Source of the DNA: a virus
Length of the DNA stretch: 64,000 nt
IMG/VR virus record: IMGVR_UViG_3300030329_004481
Direction: 5' to 3' (one strand)
Position numbers and translations under genes: made by a program. The notes under the pieces are model-generated. The model was not told where the DNA came from. It saw only the letters and a list, made by a program, of their open reading frames with translations, and did no database searches. This document shows, in pieces, positions 1 to 9,900 of the stretch (positions are counted from its first letter, which is position 1; the number at the start of each line of letters is the position of its first letter).

Positions 1-869
1 AAAGTATGACCATCTTTATTTGTTAATTCTTCTGTAATACCATCAACAAAGTCAACTTTTCTAACTTCTTTAGAAACAACTTCTTCTTCTTTGCTTGGTT
101 TACCATGTTTATTGTGTTGTGCCCAAGCAATAGCATAAGCACTATCTTTTCCTACTTTACTTTTCAAAGCTTTGACTTGATCTTCTCTCCCTGGTGGAGC
201 TTTTTCTTGTAAATGTTTCTGTCTTAATTCATTGATTAAAGACTTTCTTTTCATTTCCTTTGATTCCATTTTCGGATTGATAGTCACCTTTTCCTTTTTA
301 TTTGAAAGTTTTACTTTTGGTTCTTTCTTCTCTTTCTTTTCATCTTCTATTTCATAGTCCAAACCATTACCATTTGTTTGTTGTGGTGCGGGTGGTGGTT
401 CTTCTTGAGGTTGTTCTTCACCTTCTGGTTGTTGTTCTTCTTCATCATCACCCAAACCATGTGACTTCATTGCATTTCTTAAACTGTCTTGTTGTTTTTC
501 TTGTTCTTCAGGTGGTAAAGAATCGAACACTGCTTTTGTTATATGATCTTTTTGATGATGGGCACCATGAGATTCTTCTTCATCTCCTTCTTCTTCATCG
601 CCCATTTCATCTAATCTTTTTCTTACTTCAGCTTTTACTTCAGCACTCATCTTAGTAGTTTTTGCCCACTCATCATAAGTTTTACCTTTAGCAATTTGTT
701 CTAATGCACCTTTTACAGATGTTTCCATTGTTTCTTCAACATCTTCTGTTATTTCATGTTGTAACCAATGTGGTCCACCAGTTATCTTTGTTGCTTGTGG
801 TTTAGCATTTCCACTAATGTCTGTACCACCAACGTCAATGATTTGTAAAATTGATTCTTGTAATTTCAT
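1..869 (-). CDS. Hypothetical acidic virion/internal-head-type protein, truncated at window edge
   Basis: Not in ORF track. Read manually from ATG at 869 (ATGA overlap with upstream stop), open to base 1: MKLQESILQIIDVGG...EEEQQPEGEEQPQEE...HLQEKAPPGREDQVKALKSKVGKDSAYAIAWAQHNK. Confidence 0.8.
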   Translation of the reverse strand, partial: MKLQESILQIIDVGGTDISGNAKPQATKITGGPHWLQHEITEDVEETMETSVKGALEQIAKGKTYDEWAKTTKMSAEVKAEVRKRLDEMGDEEEGDEEESHGAHHQKDHITKAVFDSLPPEEQEKQQDSLRNAMKSHGLGDDEEEQQPEGEEQPQEEPPPAPQQTNGNGLDYEIEDEKKEKKEPKVKLSNKKEKVTINPKMESKEMKRKSLINELRQKHLQEKAPPGREDQVKALKSKVGKDSAYAIAWAQHNKHGKPSKEEEVVSKEVRKVDFVDGITEELTNKDGHT

Positions 870-2251
870 CTTTTACTTCCTGAAGAATAATTTTGTGCTG
901 ATTTCAAATTTTTACTTGCATGATCAACCCTTGCACTACCAACATCTTTCTTTCTATTTGAAATCAAATCTTTATATTTTCTTGCGTATTCTTTTTTAAC
1001 TTTTGCTACTGGACCTTCTTCTTGTGCAAGTTCAACTGTACCATAGTTGTCTGCTTCACCAGTAACATCTCTTTGCATTTTATACTTATATGTATCATAT
1101 AATATTTTTTCAGAATCTTGCCCAGGAGTAGAATCTGCATATCTCTCAACCATCTCAGGTGTTCCCCACTCAACAGGTCCCATGGATTTTACATTTTGTC
1201 CAAATCTTCCATTCTCTTGTGTATCTGATGTATCCATTTTGCCGGGATGTGGACCCCAAGTAATTGATTCTAATATTTGATATAAAAATGGTCTATAAAA
1301 AAGATCACCCTTTGATGCACCAAAATCTTTTTCAATACTTTCAAAAAGTTTATCTATCTTTTTTACAGATGATTCTATTTTATTTTCTAAACCTGTATGA
1401 CCCAATTCAAACAAACACATTTTTTCAATTAAGTTATCTGTCTCTTTCATTGCTTCAACTATGGTTCTATTGTGTTTAGTTTTTGATAATGAAAGACTTC
1501 TAAGTTCAGAAAAAGTTTCTTCAACTATGGGCATATGAGAAAAGTATTCTGTTTCATATCCCATGTAATTATATTCTAAATCTTTTTCTGGTACTTCTAA
1601 TGTAATTTTATCTGGTCTAGTTGGCCATTCTTTGTCAAAAATTGCTTCTTTTAAATTCAATCCTTTTCTAACCGCTTTCATCATTCTGGTCATAGATTGT
1701 TCAGCCATTCCAGAAGGAACACCTTTTCTAAAAGATTCAATATCTCTTTCTGCTGCCGCCTTTCTCATTTTAGATGCAGACATTCCTGTAACACCTTCTG
1801 CATCTGGATCTCTTTCGCCCGCACTCACAATTCTAATTGTATCAAATTCATAGATACCATGTTTAGCTTGTTTACCATTATATTGTTCTAAAAGTTTTTT
1901 AAAGTCAGCAACTCTATCACTACCAACAACCATAACTAATTGATCATACTCATTTAATTTAACTGCCGCATCAATTGCAGATCTTATATTTGGATCAGCT
2001 TGTATAGAATTTTTAAATGAAGGAAACATCTCTCTCATGTATCCCATCTTTTGTTTATTAGACAAAGGATTCTTTTTTGGATCTTGAGATTGACTTCCAT
2101 AAACAAACAAATCAGCTTTAAATCTTCTAGCAGTATTACCAGCTGATTCAAGTAATTTACCGTGACCGATGGTTGGTGGATTAAATCTACCAAATACCAT
2201 CACTGCTGTTTTACTTTTTGATTCACGAATCAAATTTTTGTATGTCTTCAT
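866..2251 (-). CDS. HIGH-superfamily cytidylyl/adenylyltransferase-like protein with long C-terminal extension
   Basis: FGRFNPPTIGH (HxGH variant), VVGSDR, MSASKMR motifs in the first ~190 aa; N-terminus MKTYKNLIRE. Confidence 0.85.
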   Translation of the reverse strand: MKTYKNLIRESKSKTAVMVFGRFNPPTIGHGKLLESAGNTARRFKADLFVYGSQSQDPKKNPLSNKQKMGYMREMFPSFKNSIQADPNIRSAIDAAVKLNEYDQLVMVVGSDRVADFKKLLEQYNGKQAKHGIYEFDTIRIVSAGERDPDAEGVTGMSASKMRKAAAERDIESFRKGVPSGMAEQSMTRMMKAVRKGLNLKEAIFDKEWPTRPDKITLEVPEKDLEYNYMGYETEYFSHMPIVEETFSELRSLSLSKTKHNRTIVEAMKETDNLIEKMCLFELGHTGLENKIESSVKKIDKLFESIEKDFGASKGDLFYRPFLYQILESITWGPHPGKMDTSDTQENGRFGQNVKSMGPVEWGTPEMVERYADSTPGQDSEKILYDTYKYKMQRDVTGEADNYGTVELAQEEGPVAKVKKEYARKYKDLISNRKKDVGSARVDHASKNLKSAQNYSSGSKR

Positions 2252-2637
2252 TTTCCTTTTGCCTTTTTCTTATCACGTAACTTTTTTCGATAAGCCATAA
2301 CACTTCTGGCTCTTTCATTTTCATCATCTTCATCACGAGTGGAATGAGTTTTACCTCTCCACTTCATGGCGTTGTAAGCGTCTCCTTCTGGTTGTTTTTC
2401 TATCTTACCACCAGACTTTTTAAACTTATGAATTGCCAACTGTTTTCTTAATCTTTCTATATTAGATTCTTCATCAGTTGGTCCATAACCTTTTGGAGTT
2501 ACATCTGTAACTTTAAAATCTGGTTTCTTTTTAAGAGCCTTCCACTTACCATCTTTCCATTCACCTTTTATAGCATCACCTTTTTTATCAAAGTGTTTAG
2601 CAAGATGGGGTGGTAAGGACTCTAAAAAAGTTTTCAT
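2248..2637 (-). CDS. Hypothetical basic protein, candidate internal head protein
   Basis: 129 aa, stop overlaps next start; N-terminus MKTFLE. Confidence 0.7.
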   Translation of the reverse strand: MKTFLESLPPHLAKHFDKKGDAIKGEWKDGKWKALKKKPDFKVTDVTPKGYGPTDEESNIERLRKQLAIHKFKKSGGKIEKQPEGDAYNAMKWRGKTHSTRDEDDENERARSVMAYRKKLRDKKKAKGK

Positions 2638-2642
2638 TATAC

Positions 2643-2888
2643 TTATACTTTCCCTTGTTCTGCCGCTTGTTTAGCTTGATCAGCAGCATTTTTACCAGAA
2701 ATAAAACCAGCAATAATACCAACTATACCAGTAATTGCCATAGACAATAGATTAATAACATCTTTGTCTGGAGGCCTGTTTGTTTGGATTGCGTTATAAA
2801 AATCTCCTAAAGTAATGACAAACAATAATACAATAGTACCACCTGCTAACATCATTACTATCCAATCTTTCATTTCATTTCTTGACAT
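2643..2888 (-). CDS. Small two-TM membrane protein
   Basis: 81 aa, two hydrophobic segments; AGGAG RBS. Confidence 0.7.
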   Translation of the reverse strand: MSRNEMKDWIVMMLAGGTIVLLFVITLGDFYNAIQTNRPPDKDVINLLSMAITGIVGIIAGFISGKNAADQAKQAAEQGKV

Positions 2889-2898
2889 TATTTTTCTC

Positions 2899-3498
2899 CT
2901 ATTTCATATTTCTATTTGTAAAAGATTTAAATCCAGTAAATCCATAATCTTTATCAGATTTATCTCTTAAAGCATTTTCTATCAAAGCTTCTTCATGGGC
3001 CTTTTCCACTTCTGGATCTTCTTTGAGTTTCTTCAAATGTTGCATTTTATCAGCACCCTTTTTATCACCCTTATGCCCTTCATCTTTTTTAATTTTAGCA
3101 TTAGCATAATCTTCTTTTTTCATTCTTTTTTTGATCGCTTTATCTCTTGCTATCTTCCAATCATCAGAATCAACATCACCATCTTTATCATGGTCTGCTT
3201 TTTCTTCCAAATCAACTTCTTCTTTTTTTGGTTTTGCAAGTTCACGTCTCATCAAATTAAAAAATTCAGGAGCTTCGTCAATCATGTCCAAGAATTGTGT
3301 CAATACACTAATCAATACTTGTCTTTCTTGAACGGTTGTCATTGCTCCACCTTTTACCTTCTTCATAGCAGATTTGAAATAAGGTAAATCTTTCTTTTCT
3401 TTTATTAGTCCTGCGAGAACAAGTTGTCTCAACTTAGGAGACATTGCCTCGTCTTCATTTACCATAACTCCGTATGCCGTTTTTACTAAATCTTGCAT
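2899..3498 (-). CDS. Hypothetical charged protein
   Basis: 199 aa in operon context; DHDKDGDVD acidic loop, several LxE sites. Confidence 0.7.
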   Translation of the reverse strand: MQDLVKTAYGVMVNEDEAMSPKLRQLVLAGLIKEKKDLPYFKSAMKKVKGGAMTTVQERQVLISVLTQFLDMIDEAPEFFNLMRRELAKPKKEEVDLEEKADHDKDGDVDSDDWKIARDKAIKKRMKKEDYANAKIKKDEGHKGDKKGADKMQHLKKLKEDPEVEKAHEEALIENALRDKSDKDYGFTGFKSFTNRNMK

Positions 3499-3501
3499 TT
3501 T

Positions 3502-4734
3502 TTAGCTCCAGTTCTTTAACTCTACATTAAAATTATTTCTTGAGAACTCTAACCTATCGACTAACTTCACTGCCCCACCTTTTATTTTGTCTACTGCTAC
3601 AAATCCTTCTGGGGCTGTAACTTTGTATCCCGCTCCATCACGAACAAAAGTCTGTGTTAATTGTTCCATTTTTTCTAACTTAGATACTAACATCATTTTA
3701 GCATCTATCAACATATTCATTAAACTAAAGATCTTTGTGAGATCACCTTTATTTTGTAGGAAGAACTTTAAAAACTCTACTTTTTTCTGTCTTCGTATAC
3801 TCTTAGATTTATCTGTTTTTAATTTATCAATTTCCTTATCAAACTTAGTCTCTATATATTTAATCAACTCATCTATATGTCTCTTTGGATTACCTATTGT
3901 CTGTCCTACTCGTATCTTACTATTATTAAAAGTTTTAATAATCAGATTGATGTCAGATTGCTCCGCTATTGTATTTAATGTATTCGCACTTATTGTTTGA
4001 AAAGTTCTCCCTACAAGAGAAAGTATTCTTGTGATACTATCTGTATCACGTTTAGTGAATGTTGCTGTTCCAGATGCATCAGTAAACTTAGCATCTCTGA
4101 ACCATACATCCCTTGTTTTGTTTAAACTACTAATATTTATATTGAAAGAAGATTTCATATCCTCCATTTTTGTACCAGTATACATTGTATGAAATACTAT
4201 TCCCATTTTAGAATTTAGTATTTCTCTTGCCAATTGAGTTTTTAATGGTACTGCATAAACAATAGTGTTTGGTTGAAAAGTAACATATTGTTCCCCATCT
4301 ATTGTTTTCATTGCTAAATCTTCTTTAGCAAACATCATGTCACCTTGGAGTATTCCTTTTATTCCTAATTTTGGTAAATGTTGCAATGCAACTTTTAATT
4401 TTTCACCAAGTCCTGGTGGGTGATTATTATCTATATCCTGTGGTGTGTAGTTTATCTTTGGTGTTTTATTAAAAATACTTTTAGAACCAACAAAAAATTT
4501 ATTATTTTCTGGATTAATTCCTGCAAAAACTGCTGGGGCACCATCCCACTTAGTAGTTATAAAAGTATTAGTAGCAGAACTACCAGCTAGCATATCTCTA
4601 AGTGATTGAAGAAAGTTAATGGCACCTCTAGTACCTACTACTCCACCATTCAAAACCTCATCTTCTATATGTTCAAGATGAAGATTCTTTCCTTCTTTTG
4701 CTTCTTTAATTAAATGATCGCTGAAAGATTTCAT
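3502..4734 (-). CDS. RNA-ligase/capping-type nucleotidyltransferase-like protein (conserved T4-like phage hypothetical)
   Basis: TTKWDGAP (motif I KxDG), ILQGDMMF (III-like), PEGFVAVD (IV), AVKLVDR (V-like); N-terminus MKSFSDHLIKE. Confidence 0.65.
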   Translation of the reverse strand: MKSFSDHLIKEAKEGKNLHLEHIEDEVLNGGVVGTRGAINFLQSLRDMLAGSSATNTFITTKWDGAPAVFAGINPENNKFFVGSKSIFNKTPKINYTPQDIDNNHPPGLGEKLKVALQHLPKLGIKGILQGDMMFAKEDLAMKTIDGEQYVTFQPNTIVYAVPLKTQLAREILNSKMGIVFHTMYTGTKMEDMKSSFNINISSLNKTRDVWFRDAKFTDASGTATFTKRDTDSITRILSLVGRTFQTISANTLNTIAEQSDINLIIKTFNNSKIRVGQTIGNPKRHIDELIKYIETKFDKEIDKLKTDKSKSIRRQKKVEFLKFFLQNKGDLTKIFSLMNMLIDAKMMLVSKLEKMEQLTQTFVRDGAGYKVTAPEGFVAVDKIKGGAVKLVDRLEFSRNNFNVELKNWS

Positions 4735-6979
4735 GAATACTATGTGCTATGGATTTATATGATTCTTTTAAGTTATGAACTCTATCAGTTAAAAACTTCA
4801 TGTACTCTGAAACTGATTTACCTCTCTGTGAAGTTTGTTTATCTGTTTCATCTAGATCTTTCAATTGTTTTCTTGCTCTTGTCATTTCATTATTCCACCA
4901 TTTTTTTCTTGCTTTCTCAGGCCATTGATCAATATCAAATCCATGTTCTAATGCATTTCCCATGAATTGTGTTTGGACCATTTCAAAACCTGGTGAAACA
5001 CCAATACCTTTTGTTCTCACTCCCATAGTAAAGATTGGAAATTCTGTTTTTTGTCCATTACCTAAATCTTTAATAAACTTAATTGTACCATCTTTAGCAC
5101 CAGTTGCATAATCTACTTCTATTTTATCTTTTATGTTTTTCATTAAAGCCTCTTTAGCGAGACTTTTCTTTTTGTCATCTGTGTGTGTTCTAAATTGTTC
5201 ATGAACACCTTCTAACAAATCTTGAGTATCATTGCCTAACATATTCATTAATGATTGCTCATTCAATTCAGCACCTCTTGGTGGAACTCCATAAACAACA
5301 GATAACTTATCTAATGCTGGATTTTTTTCTATTCCTAATATTTGATCTAATTCCATACCATGTAAAATTTCATCTTTCATGGCACTTTCCAAACCAGAAT
5401 CACCTTTCATTGTTGTGATAAATCTATTAAAATGCTTTACATCTGCATCTCTCAAAGTAGAATATAAATCCATACCTTGATATGCAGCAATCTTTGATAA
5501 AACTTTTAATGAATTTTCATCTGGTCCTTCTCTTGGTGCCTTTTTCAACAATCCTTGATGATACTTTTCCATCTTTGATTTAAATTCTGCTCTACCTTCG
5601 GGTCCAAGATCTCTTTGAATATTTGATAAAAATTTTGGTACACCATTTTCATCATCTACCATAATATCAGTGTATTTACTTTTATCTGCCGCATCACCTA
5701 AAACTTCATCCGCATATAAACTGTAAGGTCTATCAACTATTTTATTAATAACAGACTGTGTATCTTTTTGAAATTGTTTTAATTTTTCAGGACTCAAAGC
5801 TTCATTAATATCTTTCCAGTAATTATTGGTATTAGTTGCTTCTTCAAATTTCTTAACTGTTTGCTCATCAACACCACGATCCCTCATACCTTGTGCAATT
5901 TTTCTTGAGACTTTATCATATCCACCATTATGAATTCTAATAGCACCATCCTTTTTTAAACTAACACCAACTCTTGTGCCGTCTGCTAATTTAACAAACA
6001 TATCAGCGGCTGTTCCATGTCCTGATGTTCCCATCAAAAGATTTCCTTCATCCGTATCCCATGCAACATCTTGAATATTTTCTAATCCATGTGTGTCAAT
6101 TATATTATGTGCACATGCCATACCCGCATCAACCCACTCTTTTCCGGATTTACTATTTAAAACATGGTCAGGTTGATTTACAATATTTTGTAGTTCTGCT
6201 CTAATATCATTTTCATTTCCACCTTCAAGCATTCTTTGAACTGTTCTTACTGTCATACATTCACCAGCTTGCGATACTGGGTTTCCTGCACCAATACCTC
6301 GCTCTGCTGCTTCCATTGCTCTATCTTGAGCTTGATCTCTTGTCATAGATAGAGACTCTGCAACTTTTGCAGTATCCCTTTCTTTTAATTCTTGATAATG
6401 TGGATCATCAGGAGTATTTCTTTGTAAAGGTTTTGTTGTTTCTTTTTCTGGTTGTTGTTCAGGTTCAGATTTTTCTAATGCTTTTTGTGCTAATTCATGA
6501 TCTGTTTGTTTTGGTTTCTCTACTTTAGGTTTTGGTTTAGAAACTTTTTTGGGTTTTTCACTTGGCATCTTTGAAGGAGCATGTTGAAACTTACCAGGAA
6601 TTTCTTTTTCTCCATGGTCATATGACGCAGAACTATCATTGTGAAATTTTTTATCTCTAGAAAGAAAAGAAATACCACCTTTATTTGGCATTGTTCCATT
6701 AACCCAATGCTCTGCTTGTTGCCTAGAAGGAAAATATTCTTTTTGTTTTACACCATTTCTCTGGCCAACCCAAGTACCACTATTACTTTGAAATACTACA
6801 CCCTTTTGTAATTGTTTAAATCCTTTATGCTTTCCTTGAGTTTTTTGATCCATGTGATGATCCCATTGGGCACGATGGAACGCATGAGCATTTTTTCCAA
6901 CTTGGTCCTCAGGTCTCCAAGGACCAACTGATTCATCTAACAGATCTTCAGAAAGAAATAAAGATTTGAAACTTTTCAT
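4706..6979 (-). CDS. Large hypothetical protein with putative PD-(D/E)xK-like nuclease core
   Basis: 757 aa; QAGE...TAADMFVKLADGTRVGVSLKK resembles an E...D-x(n)-SLK nuclease site; N-terminus MKSFKSLFLSE. Confidence 0.55.
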   Translation of the reverse strand: MKSFKSLFLSEDLLDESVGPWRPEDQVGKNAHAFHRAQWDHHMDQKTQGKHKGFKQLQKGVVFQSNSGTWVGQRNGVKQKEYFPSRQQAEHWVNGTMPNKGGISFLSRDKKFHNDSSASYDHGEKEIPGKFQHAPSKMPSEKPKKVSKPKPKVEKPKQTDHELAQKALEKSEPEQQPEKETTKPLQRNTPDDPHYQELKERDTAKVAESLSMTRDQAQDRAMEAAERGIGAGNPVSQAGECMTVRTVQRMLEGGNENDIRAELQNIVNQPDHVLNSKSGKEWVDAGMACAHNIIDTHGLENIQDVAWDTDEGNLLMGTSGHGTAADMFVKLADGTRVGVSLKKDGAIRIHNGGYDKVSRKIAQGMRDRGVDEQTVKKFEEATNTNNYWKDINEALSPEKLKQFQKDTQSVINKIVDRPYSLYADEVLGDAADKSKYTDIMVDDENGVPKFLSNIQRDLGPEGRAEFKSKMEKYHQGLLKKAPREGPDENSLKVLSKIAAYQGMDLYSTLRDADVKHFNRFITTMKGDSGLESAMKDEILHGMELDQILGIEKNPALDKLSVVYGVPPRGAELNEQSLMNMLGNDTQDLLEGVHEQFRTHTDDKKKSLAKEALMKNIKDKIEVDYATGAKDGTIKFIKDLGNGQKTEFPIFTMGVRTKGIGVSPGFEMVQTQFMGNALEHGFDIDQWPEKARKKWWNNEMTRARKQLKDLDETDKQTSQRGKSVSEYMKFLTDRVHNLKESYKSIAHSIHEIFQRSFN

Positions 6980-6985
6980 ACAACC

Positions 6986-9900
6986 CTATGCTTGTGATTC
7001 AGACCAACTAATCTTACCTGCCGCAAAGAATGGTGCTGATTCAGAAACACCAGAAGTATCTTGAGGCTGGACCGCTAATGTTAATAAGTCTGGGCCAGCT
7101 GGGAAAATTCCATCACCACCAAGAATACTATTACCCATTTCCAACAATGAGGAAATGTCAATTGAAGCAGATCCAGTACTTTGTTTTGTACTGTATATAG
7201 TTGTTCCATTTAATAATGTATCACCAGAACTATGTTTAATAATTTCACTCAAACTAGGATTCTGTGCTTTAATAAAAGTTAATTCACTTGGTAATGGATT
7301 TTGAATTAAAAATAATTCAGCATCTTGATTAACTGTTAAACTACAAGTCATTAGTTTTAACTGCATCCTATTAACAACTTCTCTTTCACCTAGTTTACCT
7401 GTCAAACTACTATCAACACTAGGTGCAAGTCTTATACTAACCAATGGTAATGGACGTGTTAAGTCAACTGGTAAGTTCTTTCCAGAATTAGATTCACCCA
7501 ATACAAAGACTTGTCCTGACGCAATAGAATCATAAACACCACCACCAGTTGGATCAGTTGATGTTGATGGATAACTTAAATATATTTTACTAGATGCACC
7601 ATCCACTTTTACTTGTGAAACATATGTTCCCGCAACTAAATCTTGATGAGATACTGCTTGACCAACAGTAGTTGCTGTCGCATCACTAGCACTACATTGA
7701 AATGAATAAACATAAACTCTAGAACCATCAAGTGTTATTTGTTCAAATTCAGATACTGCTGTTGAAGAAATGCTTCTTGATTGTCCTTGAGTAAATGCGA
7801 AAGGTTTACTTTGTCCAGTAAATTGATATGCTTTATCATCATCAAATCTTCCATCCATTATTACAGAAGTACCAAAGTGAAACAATGTTGGTGCCGTAGT
7901 TGCATTAGTTCCATTTTCAATTTCATATCTTGCTGGTAAGTTACCACTTCTAAAATAACTCTCATCCAATTTATTATTATGAATGTATTCATGTAGATAT
8001 CTAATATGACCTTTATTATCTTTAAAACCATATCTAATTTTACCCGCACCATACCAAGAGTAATCAATGTAAGCCATTTGAATTTTCTTAGTATTTAAAA
8101 GAAATCCAGAAAATCCATTACCATCAGCTTGATCAAGACTCCATTCTTCTTGTGGAGTTCTAACATCTTCAGTTAAAGTTGCTTTAACCGCATTCGCAGT
8201 AATACCTCTATAAGCTGGTTGAACAATCATCTTCTGATCAGAACTAACTTGAACAACTCTATATGTTTGTCCTCTAATTACTAAATTATCATTTGCATTA
8301 ACTTGAGTAGTAAAACTACAATTTTGTCCTGTGACAACTTGACTATTAGTTATAACATTAACTGTTCCTGCCAATTGCTTTGTACTACTTCTTCTAACCG
8401 CATATAGTTTTTGTCCATCAAATTCCCAGAAAAAACCATTCTGATCATCAAACATTCCTGTTCTCACAAAAGCATCTGTCCATGAATCTCTTACATAAGT
8501 TGGAAACCCTTGTGCTTTTACGTTTCCAGGTTCACCAGCCATTGTGTATGTAAAAGAAAATGGATCAGGGACTGTCGCAACAGCATGTGTTCCATTATAA
8601 TAATTAAATCCAGAATCAACAACCGCATCATTAATAAGTATAGTATCTCCAACTGCTAAGTTATGCTGTTCTTGTGTCTTAACTGTCGCCGTAGCACCAG
8701 TCGCTTTAATTAATTCAGAAACAATTCTTGGTGGATTAAAATTGATAGCAACTGATGTTTGTATACCTTTACCAGATTGATATCTAAAATACTTACGAGT
8801 TTGTCTTGTTATTTTACTATTAGGACTTGTTCCCGCGGTCATATCAACACCACCATCAAATGGTTTATGTAAAACAAAACCATCTGGTCTTAAAGCTAAC
8901 TGAGAAATATAATAATAATCAGTTTCATTTATTGTAGATGTCGCAAGATCCGCAACAGGATCAAACAATGTCATAGTATTAGCAGTTGTAATTTGATTTA
9001 CTAAATATTTTTCAACTTTTGTTCCTGTGTTTATGTAAATGGGATCATATCTTTTGAAGTTTGTTAAGAAACTTGTATCACCTGTACCTCTAATGATAAT
9101 GCTATTATTTGTTATATTAACATTACCTGTACCTCTAACTGATTTAATTACGTTTGTAGATCTTAAAAGATGATTACCAGTTTGTCCTGTTATATTAATT
9201 GGATTTCCTGCTTCTGCGTCCGCAGTACTTGTTGCTAATTTTACTGTATTGTTTCCTGTGGGAATTGCAAAAACAGTATTATTAGATCCAGCTGGAAGAA
9301 TACTTGTATTCAACTGTGAATCATAAGTAACTTCTTCACCAGTAATCAAATTATGAGGATCAGCAAATGTAATAATATCTGTTGCATTATCAATTATCGC
9401 AGATGTAACAGGATAATCTCTGAATGGAATTTGAAAACTTCCTTTCATTGTAAATGTTTGTGGAGTTGGTACTGATTCCATATCAAAAACACCATCATAT
9501 GCACCTATAAGATTAATAACATCAAATGTATGATCTTGTGTACCTGCTGATGTAAATATTTGTGTTCCTGGTGCAGCAACATCAATTGTAAATCTAAACT
9601 GCCACCACCAACCATTTGGCATTCCGCCTGGAGAAAAATTGATTGCCGCAGTAGGAGAACATGATATTGCAAGTCCTATTTTACCGCCTTGAGTTCCTAA
9701 TAAAGAATCAATGGTTAAACTTTGCCATGTACTATCTGTTCTAAATGTTCCTGTATCTGCACCACCACTTTGACCAATATTGTAATTAGTTGAACCAATA
9801 GTTAAGACAACATATTCACCGACCCAACTAAAATCACCTCTATATTCAATTTGTGTAATTGTAGCACCCACTGGAGCAAATCCTGCCGCAGTTTCTATAT

